A stretch of 64,000 nt of DNA from Candidatus Omnitrophota bacterium (GTDB lineage Bacteria > Omnitrophota > Gorgyraeia > Zapsychrales > JANLHA01): NCBI GenBank assembly GCA_040753435.1, contig JBFMEN010000069.1, positions 47,551 through 111,550 on the forward strand, read 5' to 3'. The notes under the pieces are model-generated. The model made no database searches, had not been told where the DNA came from, and saw only the letters and a list, made by a program, of their open reading frames with translations. The position numbers were made by a program, and so were the translations under genes. This document shows, piece after piece, positions 37,455-45,563 of this stretch. How positions within the stretch are numbered: the stretch's first letter is position 1; every line of letters begins with the position of its first letter.

Positions 37455-40313
37455 ATGAATTTCCAAAAGCAAAAATTTCATACTTTTTTCAGAGTACTCG
37501 CCATGAGCATTCTTGTGCCTTTCGTGTTTTCGGTCGTTTGCCCAGCTGCGTTTACGCCGGCTTTTGCTCAAACAGTCCTTAATCTGCCTGCCCCCGGGAC
37601 AATGATCTCACCAAGTCCCGGATACAATCCGGCAACGATTGTCGGGATGACGGTCCATCCGGATGACCCGTTTTTGTTTGATTTCATTGTTCATCCGGGT
37701 GACGACAAACTTGAGGGAGAGAATCTGCAAAGAGAATCGCTGAAGATGGTCCGGTATTTTATGGCTGCATTGACAGTTCCTGAAGATGAGATGTGGGTCA
37801 ACCTCTCGCCTTATGAAAAAGACCGCATTGTTCCTGTAGGTTTTGGCGATACGGAGATGGGAAGGGATCTACTGGCCCAGGATTATATCCTGAAACAAAT
37901 GACGGCATCTTTAATGCATCCTGGGGAAAAATCGGGAAGCGAATTCTGGACGCGTATACGGGAAAAGGTAAGGGAAAAATTCGGGACAAATGAAATTCCC
38001 GTGAACACATTTAACAAAGTCTGGATCGTTCCGGACAAGGCCACGGTGTATGCCAGCGGAAGCCGTGTTTTTGTCGTGGATAGTCACTACAAGGTCATGC
38101 TGGAGCAAGATTATTTTGCCATGAAAAGCCATTCCGGATCTTCAGAAAATGGGAAAAACCTGGCAGTCCATGGGGAGTCCGGGAATGAAAGGGCAGATGA
38201 ACTGTCAAAAAAAATCACCCGGGAAATCATTCTTCCCGCGATCGAGCGGGAGATCAATGAAGGCCGGACTTTTGCCAATCTCCGCCAGATATCAAATGCG
38301 GTGATCCTTGCGACATGGTACAAACGTCATGTCGTTGGCGGAGCTCTTGAATTATTTTACGCTGACAAAAATAAAACCGCCGGGATCAGCAACGGGGATA
38401 AGGAGATCACCGAAAAAATTTATAATCAGTATGTCGAATCGTTCAGGAAGGGTGTCTATCATTTCATCAGGGAAGAGTACGATGAGACAACCCGGGAAGT
38501 CATCCCGCGGGAGTATTTTTCAGGAGGAGTTGTGCAGAAAATCGCGGATATGGATACGGCCGGTGACATGGGCGAGCTGGAAGAGACCATTCGCGGGAGT
38601 TCGGAATTCCAGATCCGGTTTGATCCGGTTAGAGTAAAGGAAGACGGGCAGGACGCGGCGATGTTAACGTCTGAGGAGGTCGCGCGGATGCTGGAAGAGT
38701 CGAACCAAGATTACTATTCGCGGTTAGGGGTTGATAAATCGGCCGATAAAGCGGCGATAAAGGCAGCTTACCGGAAGTTGATTATGAAATGGCATCCGGA
38801 CAAGAATGGCGATACATCCGGAGATCTTAAAGATTCGTTTACAGAAATAGCCCAGAATCTTTCCGAGGCCTGGGAAATATTACAGGATGAAGAGCGACGA
38901 AAAATTTATGACGAGGGAGGTCTGGGAAGGGGTGCAGCCGGTTTTGGGCAAGAAGAAGATTTTAATTTCGATGAATTTTTCAGCCAGTACCGGTGGAAGG
39001 CGCCCCGAACCCTGGATGAGATTTTGCGTGATCTTGATTCGGATAATAAAAAGGTATCTTTTCAATCTCTCGGAGAAATTGAAAAGATGATCCGCGAGGA
39101 GAGATGGCATGAATTTTCACCAGAGTCTGTTGAAGAGGTAAAGAATCTTATTGCATCAATAAAGCGGATTAAGGATGGGCATGTCCGGATGAGAGCGGTT
39201 GAGGCGCTGGGACGAGTGGCCAGAAAAGAATTTGTGACCCTTTCCGGGGGGCTCGGACGTTGGAACAATTATGAAGGGGATCAGGAAGAGACGCCCCAAA
39301 CTCTTGCGACAAACGGTTTGATTGAAATCCTTCAAACCGATGATGACCCTTCTGTTTCATATTCTTCAGTCAATACTTTAGCAGAGATCGGAGGGGTGAC
39401 TGCGACGGAAGCTCTGGTCCGGAATGTCAATCATCCTCATTCGGCAACTCAAAAATTGATCAGGTGGGTTTTAATTGCCTTGGGGAACAACACGGCTTAT
39501 CCCGGGAAAGAGACATCGCGTTTGACAGTCCGTTTGCTGAATAAAAGTCTTTTATTCGGCAAACGGCAGATACAGGCCGCCGTTAAAAATATTCTGGATG
39601 AGATTAGGGAAGAATTCAAACAACCGGTTGATATGACTCCCCGCAAAATGGCGATCACTCGCGTCCTGGGGGATTTGTCGAACGGATGGAATGACGGGCG
39701 CGAGGGGCGCGGGACTTTTAAACTGCACAGCCCGGAGTATGATGACTATAATTACATGGAGTCGCTGGAATTTAATATCATTTTATACGCAGAGCCTTTT
39801 TATCAAGGAGAGGTGGAGGAAGTTTTCAAGATCCTTGATGAGCTTAAAGAGCGTTTTCCGGCGCTGATTGTGAAGTTTGTTGAAGATGAAGAGATCACAG
39901 CCTTCGGGCTGCATCTCCTGGGGAATGACGAGGCGCTTGCGCACATGAACTTCCGGGGTAAAGTTGAGCAATGGCTCCGGGACAGGCTTGAGGAGGTTCT
40001 TACCGAGGAAGGGATGGATGGAGGAACTGGAGATCAGGATTCGGCCATGCTGGGAGACGGGGGAAGAGCAGACAATTTTTTTCAAAGTGGTGAGGATACA
40101 AAAGGCGGTATTGATTTAAACCCGGCTCATATTGATATTGAGACGAAACAGGCGGACAGTAAAGAAATTATTTTTTCTCTCGGAAGCGGTGTTCCGTTTA
40201 TGGATTCGATTGAAGGTTTTCAGCCGGTCATTATTCACGTTGCGCCGGTGACAAATATTCCAGGACTTCTTGGCCGTAAGGAAGATCCGGAGGAATTTTC
40301 GACGAAGTCCTGA
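37455..40313 (+). CDS. Large exported/membrane-anchored hypothetical protein (952 aa): conserved N-terminal domain shared with the next gene, internal DnaJ (J) domain, HEAT-like helical repeats, acidic linker and conserved C-terminal 'GGIDL' tail
   Basis: N-terminal hydrophobic signal ending AFAQT. Residues ~60-400 are paralogous to the next ORF (WVNLSPYEKDRIVP; LLAQDYILKQMT; FNKVWIVPDKA; VMLEQDY; NEGRTFANLRQISNAVILATWYKR; IPREYFSGG). A canonical J-domain lies at 38709..38920 (DYYSRLGV...KWHPDKNGD...WEILQDEERRKIYDEGG). It ends with GGIDLN...FQPVIIHVAPVTNIPG. Confidence 0.6.
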   Translation: MNFQKQKFHTFFRVLAMSILVPFVFSVVCPAAFTPAFAQTVLNLPAPGTMISPSPGYNPATIVGMTVHPDDPFLFDFIVHPGDDKLEGENLQRESLKMVRYFMAALTVPEDEMWVNLSPYEKDRIVPVGFGDTEMGRDLLAQDYILKQMTASLMHPGEKSGSEFWTRIREKVREKFGTNEIPVNTFNKVWIVPDKATVYASGSRVFVVDSHYKVMLEQDYFAMKSHSGSSENGKNLAVHGESGNERADELSKKITREIILPAIEREINEGRTFANLRQISNAVILATWYKRHVVGGALELFYADKNKTAGISNGDKEITEKIYNQYVESFRKGVYHFIREEYDETTREVIPREYFSGGVVQKIADMDTAGDMGELEETIRGSSEFQIRFDPVRVKEDGQDAAMLTSEEVARMLEESNQDYYSRLGVDKSADKAAIKAAYRKLIMKWHPDKNGDTSGDLKDSFTEIAQNLSEAWEILQDEERRKIYDEGGLGRGAAGFGQEEDFNFDEFFSQYRWKAPRTLDEILRDLDSDNKKVSFQSLGEIEKMIREERWHEFSPESVEEVKNLIASIKRIKDGHVRMRAVEALGRVARKEFVTLSGGLGRWNNYEGDQEETPQTLATNGLIEILQTDDDPSVSYSSVNTLAEIGGVTATEALVRNVNHPHSATQKLIRWVLIALGNNTAYPGKETSRLTVRLLNKSLLFGKRQIQAAVKNILDEIREEFKQPVDMTPRKMAITRVLGDLSNGWNDGREGRGTFKLHSPEYDDYNYMESLEFNIILYAEPFYQGEVEEVFKILDELKERFPALIVKFVEDEEITAFGLHLLGNDEALAHMNFRGKVEQWLRDRLEEVLTEEGMDGGTGDQDSAMLGDGGRADNFFQSGEDTKGGIDLNPAHIDIETKQADSKEIIFSLGSGVPFMDSIEGFQPVIIHVAPVTNIPGLLGRKEDPEEFSTKS

Positions 40314-40366
40314 CGAAATAATTTTACGTCCGGCCAACCGCCGTAGCAGGCTTTCTGTTAAAGACG

Positions 40367-43300
40367 TTGTCTAAAAAAGGGGAGGAAATTAACTTGTGTA
40401 ATAAAAACATGAACAGGCAAAAATTACCATTGCTGCACCGGTTATTTTCCGCGGGGCTAAGCTTTGTCATAACACTGACTTTTTCTATTCCTGTCCATGC
40501 CCAGGAGGGGCTTGCCCTGAATGGAGTTGCGGCGTCTCCAATGCCGGTTTCCGTGGCGGTAACTGCTGCCCCTGTTGAAAATCCGGCGTTCATTCTTTCA
40601 AAAAAACCGGCGAATGGGGATGCTCCCTTTGTCCCCGTGATGATCAAAGGGATTAAACTCTTTCCGGATGACCCTCTGCGCGTTGATTTTTTCATTGATA
40701 CCGGCACCTCCAAATTACCCGACGTTGTTTTGGAAAAAGAGTTCTCCAGATTGATCTCCTATTTTCTGGCGGCATTAACCGTCCCGGATGACGACCTGTG
40801 GGTTAATTTATCGCCGTATGAAGAAGACCGCGTCATCCCGGAGGAATTCAGCCGTACCGGGATGGGCGCAGATTTGCTCGCCCAGGATTATCTTTTGAAA
40901 CAAGTGACATCCGCGTTTCTTTCACCTGAGGGGGAATCCGGCAAAAAATTCTGGGACCGTATTCGTGAAAAAACAGCGGAGCTTTACGGTGAAAAAGATA
41001 TTCCTGTCGAAGTTTTCAATAAAGTCTGGATCGTCCCGGAAAAGGCCGTTGTGCATGAAAGTGCGGACGGAGCCTTTGTCACGGAAAGCACGCTGCAAGT
41101 CATGCTGGAGGAAGATTATTTAAGTACCACAGAGCCCGGGAATCCCAGTACCCCAAAAAAATCTTTGGCTGGGGATCAGGGGAGCAGGGGAACCGGGGCA
41201 CTTACAAAAGAAATCATGCGAGCCATAATCATCCCGGAAATCGAAAAAGAGGTCAATGAAGGAGAAATCTTCGCCCCGTTACGGCAAGTCTATAATGCGG
41301 TTATTCTGGCGGCATGGTTTAAACGGAATTTTAAAGAGACGTTCTTGGGGAAAGCTTATATCGATCAAAATAAAGTCGGCGGCATCGATACCGCCGACGC
41401 GTTGATCAAAGATAAAATTTATCAGCAATATGTCGATGCCTTTAAAGCCGGGGCGTATGATTTTATTAAAGAAGACTATGATCCGGTTTCGAACGAGATC
41501 ATTCCGAGGCAATACTTTTCCGGGGGGCTTAAACTTGATCCGGATGGGGCCTATACGGAAGAGCCCTCTGCGAACGAGCCCGTCAAAGTGACCGTAGACG
41601 GCGCCATGCTTTCCGCGTCAGTCAAGCTTTCCCCCGAGAAGAAACCGCCGGATGATCAAGGCCGCTCCTCTTCAGAAAGTTCAGAAACGGATGAGTATTT
41701 GCAATCAGTTAAAGAAAAAGCAATTGCGGCGGTTCTTGCGATGAGTACCGGAGAAAAGACGACCAGGAGCTCATGGACCGAGAAACTTCTGTCCCTCGCA
41801 GCTCCTTATGTGATCGATGATTTTCCCACGCTCTATTATGATCAAATCCAGGAAGCAGAACAGGTGAAAAGGGTTTTATTATTGATGATTCGTGTAGATC
41901 TTGTTGGTGCTGTCTATTTTTCAATACCTGTTGATGCTGAAGAAATGGATAAGTGGGAAGGAGAATTGCGAAGAATAAAACCATTCATTTTGGGAAGGGA
42001 AGACAGGAAAGAGATCGATGATTTGTTAGAACTGGTCGGATTTGTCCGTAAATGGCTTGGTTTTTTTGGATCTGAGGCCGACGCAACGTTTCATATCGAT
42101 CATTTGATAAAACATGGATTTTTAAGGGACACGTTCACTACAACCGCTGAAAAAGCGCTGAATTCTTTTTTTGACATTTTGCTGCGAGGCAGCATACCCC
42201 CGGATTTTGATGAGACTCCTTATAACGAATTGCTATGGTTTCTTAATGAATCGGCATCAAATGAGAAGCAAACTGAATTTTTTCAAATCCGTTCGGAGTT
42301 TATTCGAAGTTTTATCGCTGTTAAAGATGCCGTAATTTCCAGCAAAAATTTCAGCGCGTCTTTACAGCATTTGCGAAGAAATTCATTTTTTAACTTTTTT
42401 GTGTTTTGGAGCGATGATTTAAAAGAAAGAACAGAAAAATTTGATAAAAAATTATTAAAAGAAAAAGTGATTGCCATTAATTCTGATGGAATGACAGAGG
42501 GCGAACTTGATGAGATCGATCCGAATATCCGGGAAATCAAAGAGGGGATACAAAATATCCGGAAGGCCATACCCCATACGGTCGACAAGGCCTCCGTTCT
42601 GGACATTCTGCTGGGGGAAGGAAATGAGAAGGTGTCTGAAGAGTTTTTCAAGCTGGCGTCGTTGTTGCGGTTGAGTTTTTCCTATGAAGGCACATTTACT
42701 GACTCACGCCCGCCTCTTAAATACGCGCTGGAGGAAGGGATCTATTTTTCAATCGGACCTGATTTGTATATCACTCCGGTCACGGAGGCTTTTCGCCGGC
42801 CGATGATTTTTTCCAAAAATGCCGACGGCTCGATCAAGTTTGCATTTGAGATTGTCATCAGCGGCGAGCAGTTCAGTAAATTATATACCGGGGCCCGCAA
42901 CCGGTATGATGTTTCGCTTGAATTGAAGAAAACTTATCCGGACAAAGAATATGGCGTGCAACCGATTTATTTCAGAAAATTTCCGAAATATGCCTTCACA
43001 TTTTATGGCCGGAGACGGCTTCCTTTTCTTGTCAAACCGCTGGAAGTGATCGCTTTCGATTATCAATATGACGGCAAACGCCTGAACAATGTTTCTTCAG
43101 AAATGATAGCGGTGTGGGCGAATGAGTTAGGGATCAGTCAGAAAGACGTGGAGTTAATGATTGCCGAACAGGTTGTTGAGGAAGTGGTGGCCATGCATGC
43201 CATGGGCTATGTCGGCAACGGGGAGAATCGTTATTTTAAGGGTGTCCTGTCCTATGACCAGCATATTGAGAATTTCCGTTGTATCTTTGACCCAGCAGAC

Positions 43301-43951
43301 AGACTGAAGCCTGTAAAGATTCTGTATGTCGGTGACTTTGTGTATTTCGAGAAAGTGGATTCACCGGAACGAAGAAAAAATGATGTGCTCAGCATTGCCG
43401 GCGGAATTTGCCATAATATCCATGGGTTAAGAGATCTGTTTAAGATTCTCACTGTTGAAGACATTTACGCGCTGTTCAAAGAAAAATACGCTGAATTCGG
43501 GATCGCGGAGAAATATCCGGAAGGTCTTGCGGCATCATCAACAGTGAACGACAATGAAGTATTGACGGAGCCGGACTCTGATGCCGATGAAAATTCGGAC
43601 AATCCGGATGCTGAAGGCGATCAGAAGGGGGCGGCAAATTTTGACGAGCAAGATGGCGTTGAAATTTTAACTGAGCAAACTGACGCCGACATCCCGCATG
43701 CCAATAAAAATGATGCAGTTCCCGACGGGGTGCTAAACGGCGGCACTGCCGATTCCGCCGAAAAAGGCGGTATTGACCTTACTGCGGGCAGGCTTGGCCT
43801 TGAAGTCAAAGGAAACAAGGGACAACCTGCGCAGCCCTTTTGCCGGAAGGGTTCATGTGTGGATATGGAAAGTATGGATATCTCCGGATTTGTTCCTGTT
43901 ATTCTTCGCGTGTCGGTGGCTGATTTGCAAGGAATTCCTGGCAGTCACTAA
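40367..43951 (+). CDS. Large exported hypothetical protein (1194 aa): paralog of the previous gene (shared N-terminal domain and C-terminal 'GGIDL' tail), long unique helical middle region
   Basis: Signal peptide (..FSIPVHAQEG). The N-terminal ~400 aa align with the upstream protein (WVNLSPYEEDRVIP; LLAQDYLLKQVT; FNKVWIVPEKA; VMLEEDY; NEGEIFAPLRQVYNAVILAAWFKR; IPRQYFSGG). An acidic linker precedes a C-terminal GGIDLT...FVPVILRVSVADLQGIPG. The likely true start is TTG 40394 (after AGGGGAGG) or ATG 40409. Confidence 0.6.
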   Translation: MSKKGEEINLCNKNMNRQKLPLLHRLFSAGLSFVITLTFSIPVHAQEGLALNGVAASPMPVSVAVTAAPVENPAFILSKKPANGDAPFVPVMIKGIKLFPDDPLRVDFFIDTGTSKLPDVVLEKEFSRLISYFLAALTVPDDDLWVNLSPYEEDRVIPEEFSRTGMGADLLAQDYLLKQVTSAFLSPEGESGKKFWDRIREKTAELYGEKDIPVEVFNKVWIVPEKAVVHESADGAFVTESTLQVMLEEDYLSTTEPGNPSTPKKSLAGDQGSRGTGALTKEIMRAIIIPEIEKEVNEGEIFAPLRQVYNAVILAAWFKRNFKETFLGKAYIDQNKVGGIDTADALIKDKIYQQYVDAFKAGAYDFIKEDYDPVSNEIIPRQYFSGGLKLDPDGAYTEEPSANEPVKVTVDGAMLSASVKLSPEKKPPDDQGRSSSESSETDEYLQSVKEKAIAAVLAMSTGEKTTRSSWTEKLLSLAAPYVIDDFPTLYYDQIQEAEQVKRVLLLMIRVDLVGAVYFSIPVDAEEMDKWEGELRRIKPFILGREDRKEIDDLLELVGFVRKWLGFFGSEADATFHIDHLIKHGFLRDTFTTTAEKALNSFFDILLRGSIPPDFDETPYNELLWFLNESASNEKQTEFFQIRSEFIRSFIAVKDAVISSKNFSASLQHLRRNSFFNFFVFWSDDLKERTEKFDKKLLKEKVIAINSDGMTEGELDEIDPNIREIKEGIQNIRKAIPHTVDKASVLDILLGEGNEKVSEEFFKLASLLRLSFSYEGTFTDSRPPLKYALEEGIYFSIGPDLYITPVTEAFRRPMIFSKNADGSIKFAFEIVISGEQFSKLYTGARNRYDVSLELKKTYPDKEYGVQPIYFRKFPKYAFTFYGRRRLPFLVKPLEVIAFDYQYDGKRLNNVSSEMIAVWANELGISQKDVELMIAEQVVEEVVAMHAMGYVGNGENRYFKGVLSYDQHIENFRCIFDPADRLKPVKILYVGDFVYFEKVDSPERRKNDVLSIAGGICHNIHGLRDLFKILTVEDIYALFKEKYAEFGIAEKYPEGLAASSTVNDNEVLTEPDSDADENSDNPDAEGDQKGAANFDEQDGVEILTEQTDADIPHANKNDAVPDGVLNGGTADSAEKGGIDLTAGRLGLEVKGNKGQPAQPFCRKGSCVDMESMDISGFVPVILRVSVADLQGIPGSH

Positions 43952-44084
43952 GCCGGGACGAGTTGAGGCGTCTTCTCAAAGTGCACAAATCGAACTCCCG
44001 ATCTTCTCCTGAATAAGCAGTGGCTTTTAATTGGCTGAAACAGAAAAAATTTTTAAAAATCGGCTTGATTTTTTTAAATGATAT

Positions 44085-44120
44085 GTTACTATTTATAGTA
44101 ACGTTACTACGAATAGAAAC
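44085..44120 (+). promoter_or_regulatory. Tandem 18-bp operator-like element upstream of trpE: a perfect palindrome plus a degenerate copy
   Basis: GTTACTATTTATAGTAAC (44085-44102) is a perfect 8-bp inverted repeat with a 2-nt spacer. It is followed directly by GTTACTACGAATAGAAAC (44103-44120). The pair lies 25-60 nt upstream of the probable trpE start. Half-sites ACTAT/ATAGT resemble the E. coli TrpR half-site ACTAGT. Confidence 0.4.
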
Positions 44121-44125
44121 ATTTA

Positions 44126-45544
44126 ATGCGTAACAGGAGCCAAATGTCTTTACCTGTTTATATCGAAACAATCCCGGCCGACCGATTTACTCCCGTTGTT
44201 GTTTTTAAGAAACTGAACGGAAAGGCGCTGCTGGAATCCGCAGTTCTTGAAATCGGCAAGAGCCGTTATTCGATTATCCTGGTTGAAGAGGCTTTTCGAT
44301 TGGTCCTTAATAACCGAGGCGTTTTAAAATACGAAGGATTGAAGGAAGAAATCCTTTCTCCGGATCCGCATAATTTTCTTTCTATTCTGGAGGGCCAGGG
44401 AAAAAACGTCGCATCATCGAAAGATTTTGGCATGCCGATTCCCGCTTCCGGAATAGGGTACCTCGGGTATGAAACAGCGGCGTTGTTTGACAAAATCCAT
44501 TTGTCAAAACAGGATGACGAACTTCAACTGCCCGATGCCATCTTTTTATTCGGATCACTGTTTATTGTCTTTGATCATTACAAGGATGAGCTTTACATCA
44601 TCGCTATTGATTATGACGGGCAGGGAAAAGAGAAAATTAAAACCGTTAAGGAACGGCTGATGGATTTTGATTTCAGGGCGTATCAAACCGATGAAAATTT
44701 TTATCATTGCACCGGACAGATTGAAGCCGGTAAAGAGGCGTATATCAGCGGAGTCAAAAAATTGAAAGAACACATCCGCGCCGGAGATATTGTTCAGGGC
44801 GTTCTTTCCCGGAGAATCACGATAAAAACTTTCCTGGATCCCCTTGATGCCTACTGCCGTTTAAGACGTATTAACCCCTCGCCGTATTTGTTTTATTTTG
44901 ACTTCACTGATTTTAAATTATTTGGCTCTTCACCCGAACTCATGGTTTCCTATAATGACGGGACAGCTACGATCAAACCGATTGCGGGGACCCGTTCCCG
45001 GGGGAAAACGCGCCAGGAAGACATTGCTTTGGAAAAAGATTTGCTGGCTGACGAAAAGGAGCGCGCTGAACATTTGATGCTCGTTGATCTTGCGCGGAAT
45101 GATTTGGGACGAACGGCAAAACCCGGGACGGTGAGTCCCAGATCGTTATATTCGGTGGAGCGGTATTCCCACGTCATGCATATTGTGTCGGAGATTGGAT
45201 CACAGGTGGCCAGAGACTATAACGCGTATGACCTCATAAGAACGACCTTTCCGGCTGGAACAGTGACCGGCGCTCCTAAAATCAAGGCGATGGAGCTGGT
45301 ATCTGATTATGAAAACGTCAAGCGGGGACCTTATGCCGGGCTGGTCGGCCATTTTGACATGAACGGAAATTTTGATTCATGCATAACGATCAGATCCATG
45401 ATCCATAAGGAAGGAACATATTATATTCAAGTCGGGGCCGGGATTGTTTATGATTCCGTACCGGAGCGGGAGTTTGACGAAACAATGAAGAAAGCAGGGG
45501 CGATGATCAGGTCTTTGGGAATAAATCTGGAGAGTGGTCTCTAG
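44126..45544 (+). CDS. trpE: Anthranilate synthase component I
   Basis: LMLVDLARNDLGR, FPAGTVTGAPKIKAMELVS and GPYAGLVGHFDMNGNFDSCITIRS. The start is probably the second Met at 44144 (RBS AGGAG at 44135). Confidence 0.85.
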   Translation: MRNRSQMSLPVYIETIPADRFTPVVVFKKLNGKALLESAVLEIGKSRYSIILVEEAFRLVLNNRGVLKYEGLKEEILSPDPHNFLSILEGQGKNVASSKDFGMPIPASGIGYLGYETAALFDKIHLSKQDDELQLPDAIFLFGSLFIVFDHYKDELYIIAIDYDGQGKEKIKTVKERLMDFDFRAYQTDENFYHCTGQIEAGKEAYISGVKKLKEHIRAGDIVQGVLSRRITIKTFLDPLDAYCRLRRINPSPYLFYFDFTDFKLFGSSPELMVSYNDGTATIKPIAGTRSRGKTRQEDIALEKDLLADEKERAEHLMLVDLARNDLGRTAKPGTVSPRSLYSVERYSHVMHIVSEIGSQVARDYNAYDLIRTTFPAGTVTGAPKIKAMELVSDYENVKRGPYAGLVGHFDMNGNFDSCITIRSMIHKEGTYYIQVGAGIVYDSVPEREFDETMKKAGAMIRSLGINLESGL

Positions 45545-45563
45545 GCCGATAAAAGCGAGGTTA

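Noticed and set aside
37455-37560. Treating the N-terminus of the first giant protein as a definite cleaved Sec signal peptide, which would place the J-domain in the periplasm or outside
   Set aside because: The hydrophobic stretch is long (~25 aa) and could equally be a type-II signal anchor. A periplasmic J-domain has no Hsp70 partner, so I report the topology as unresolved rather than asserting secretion.
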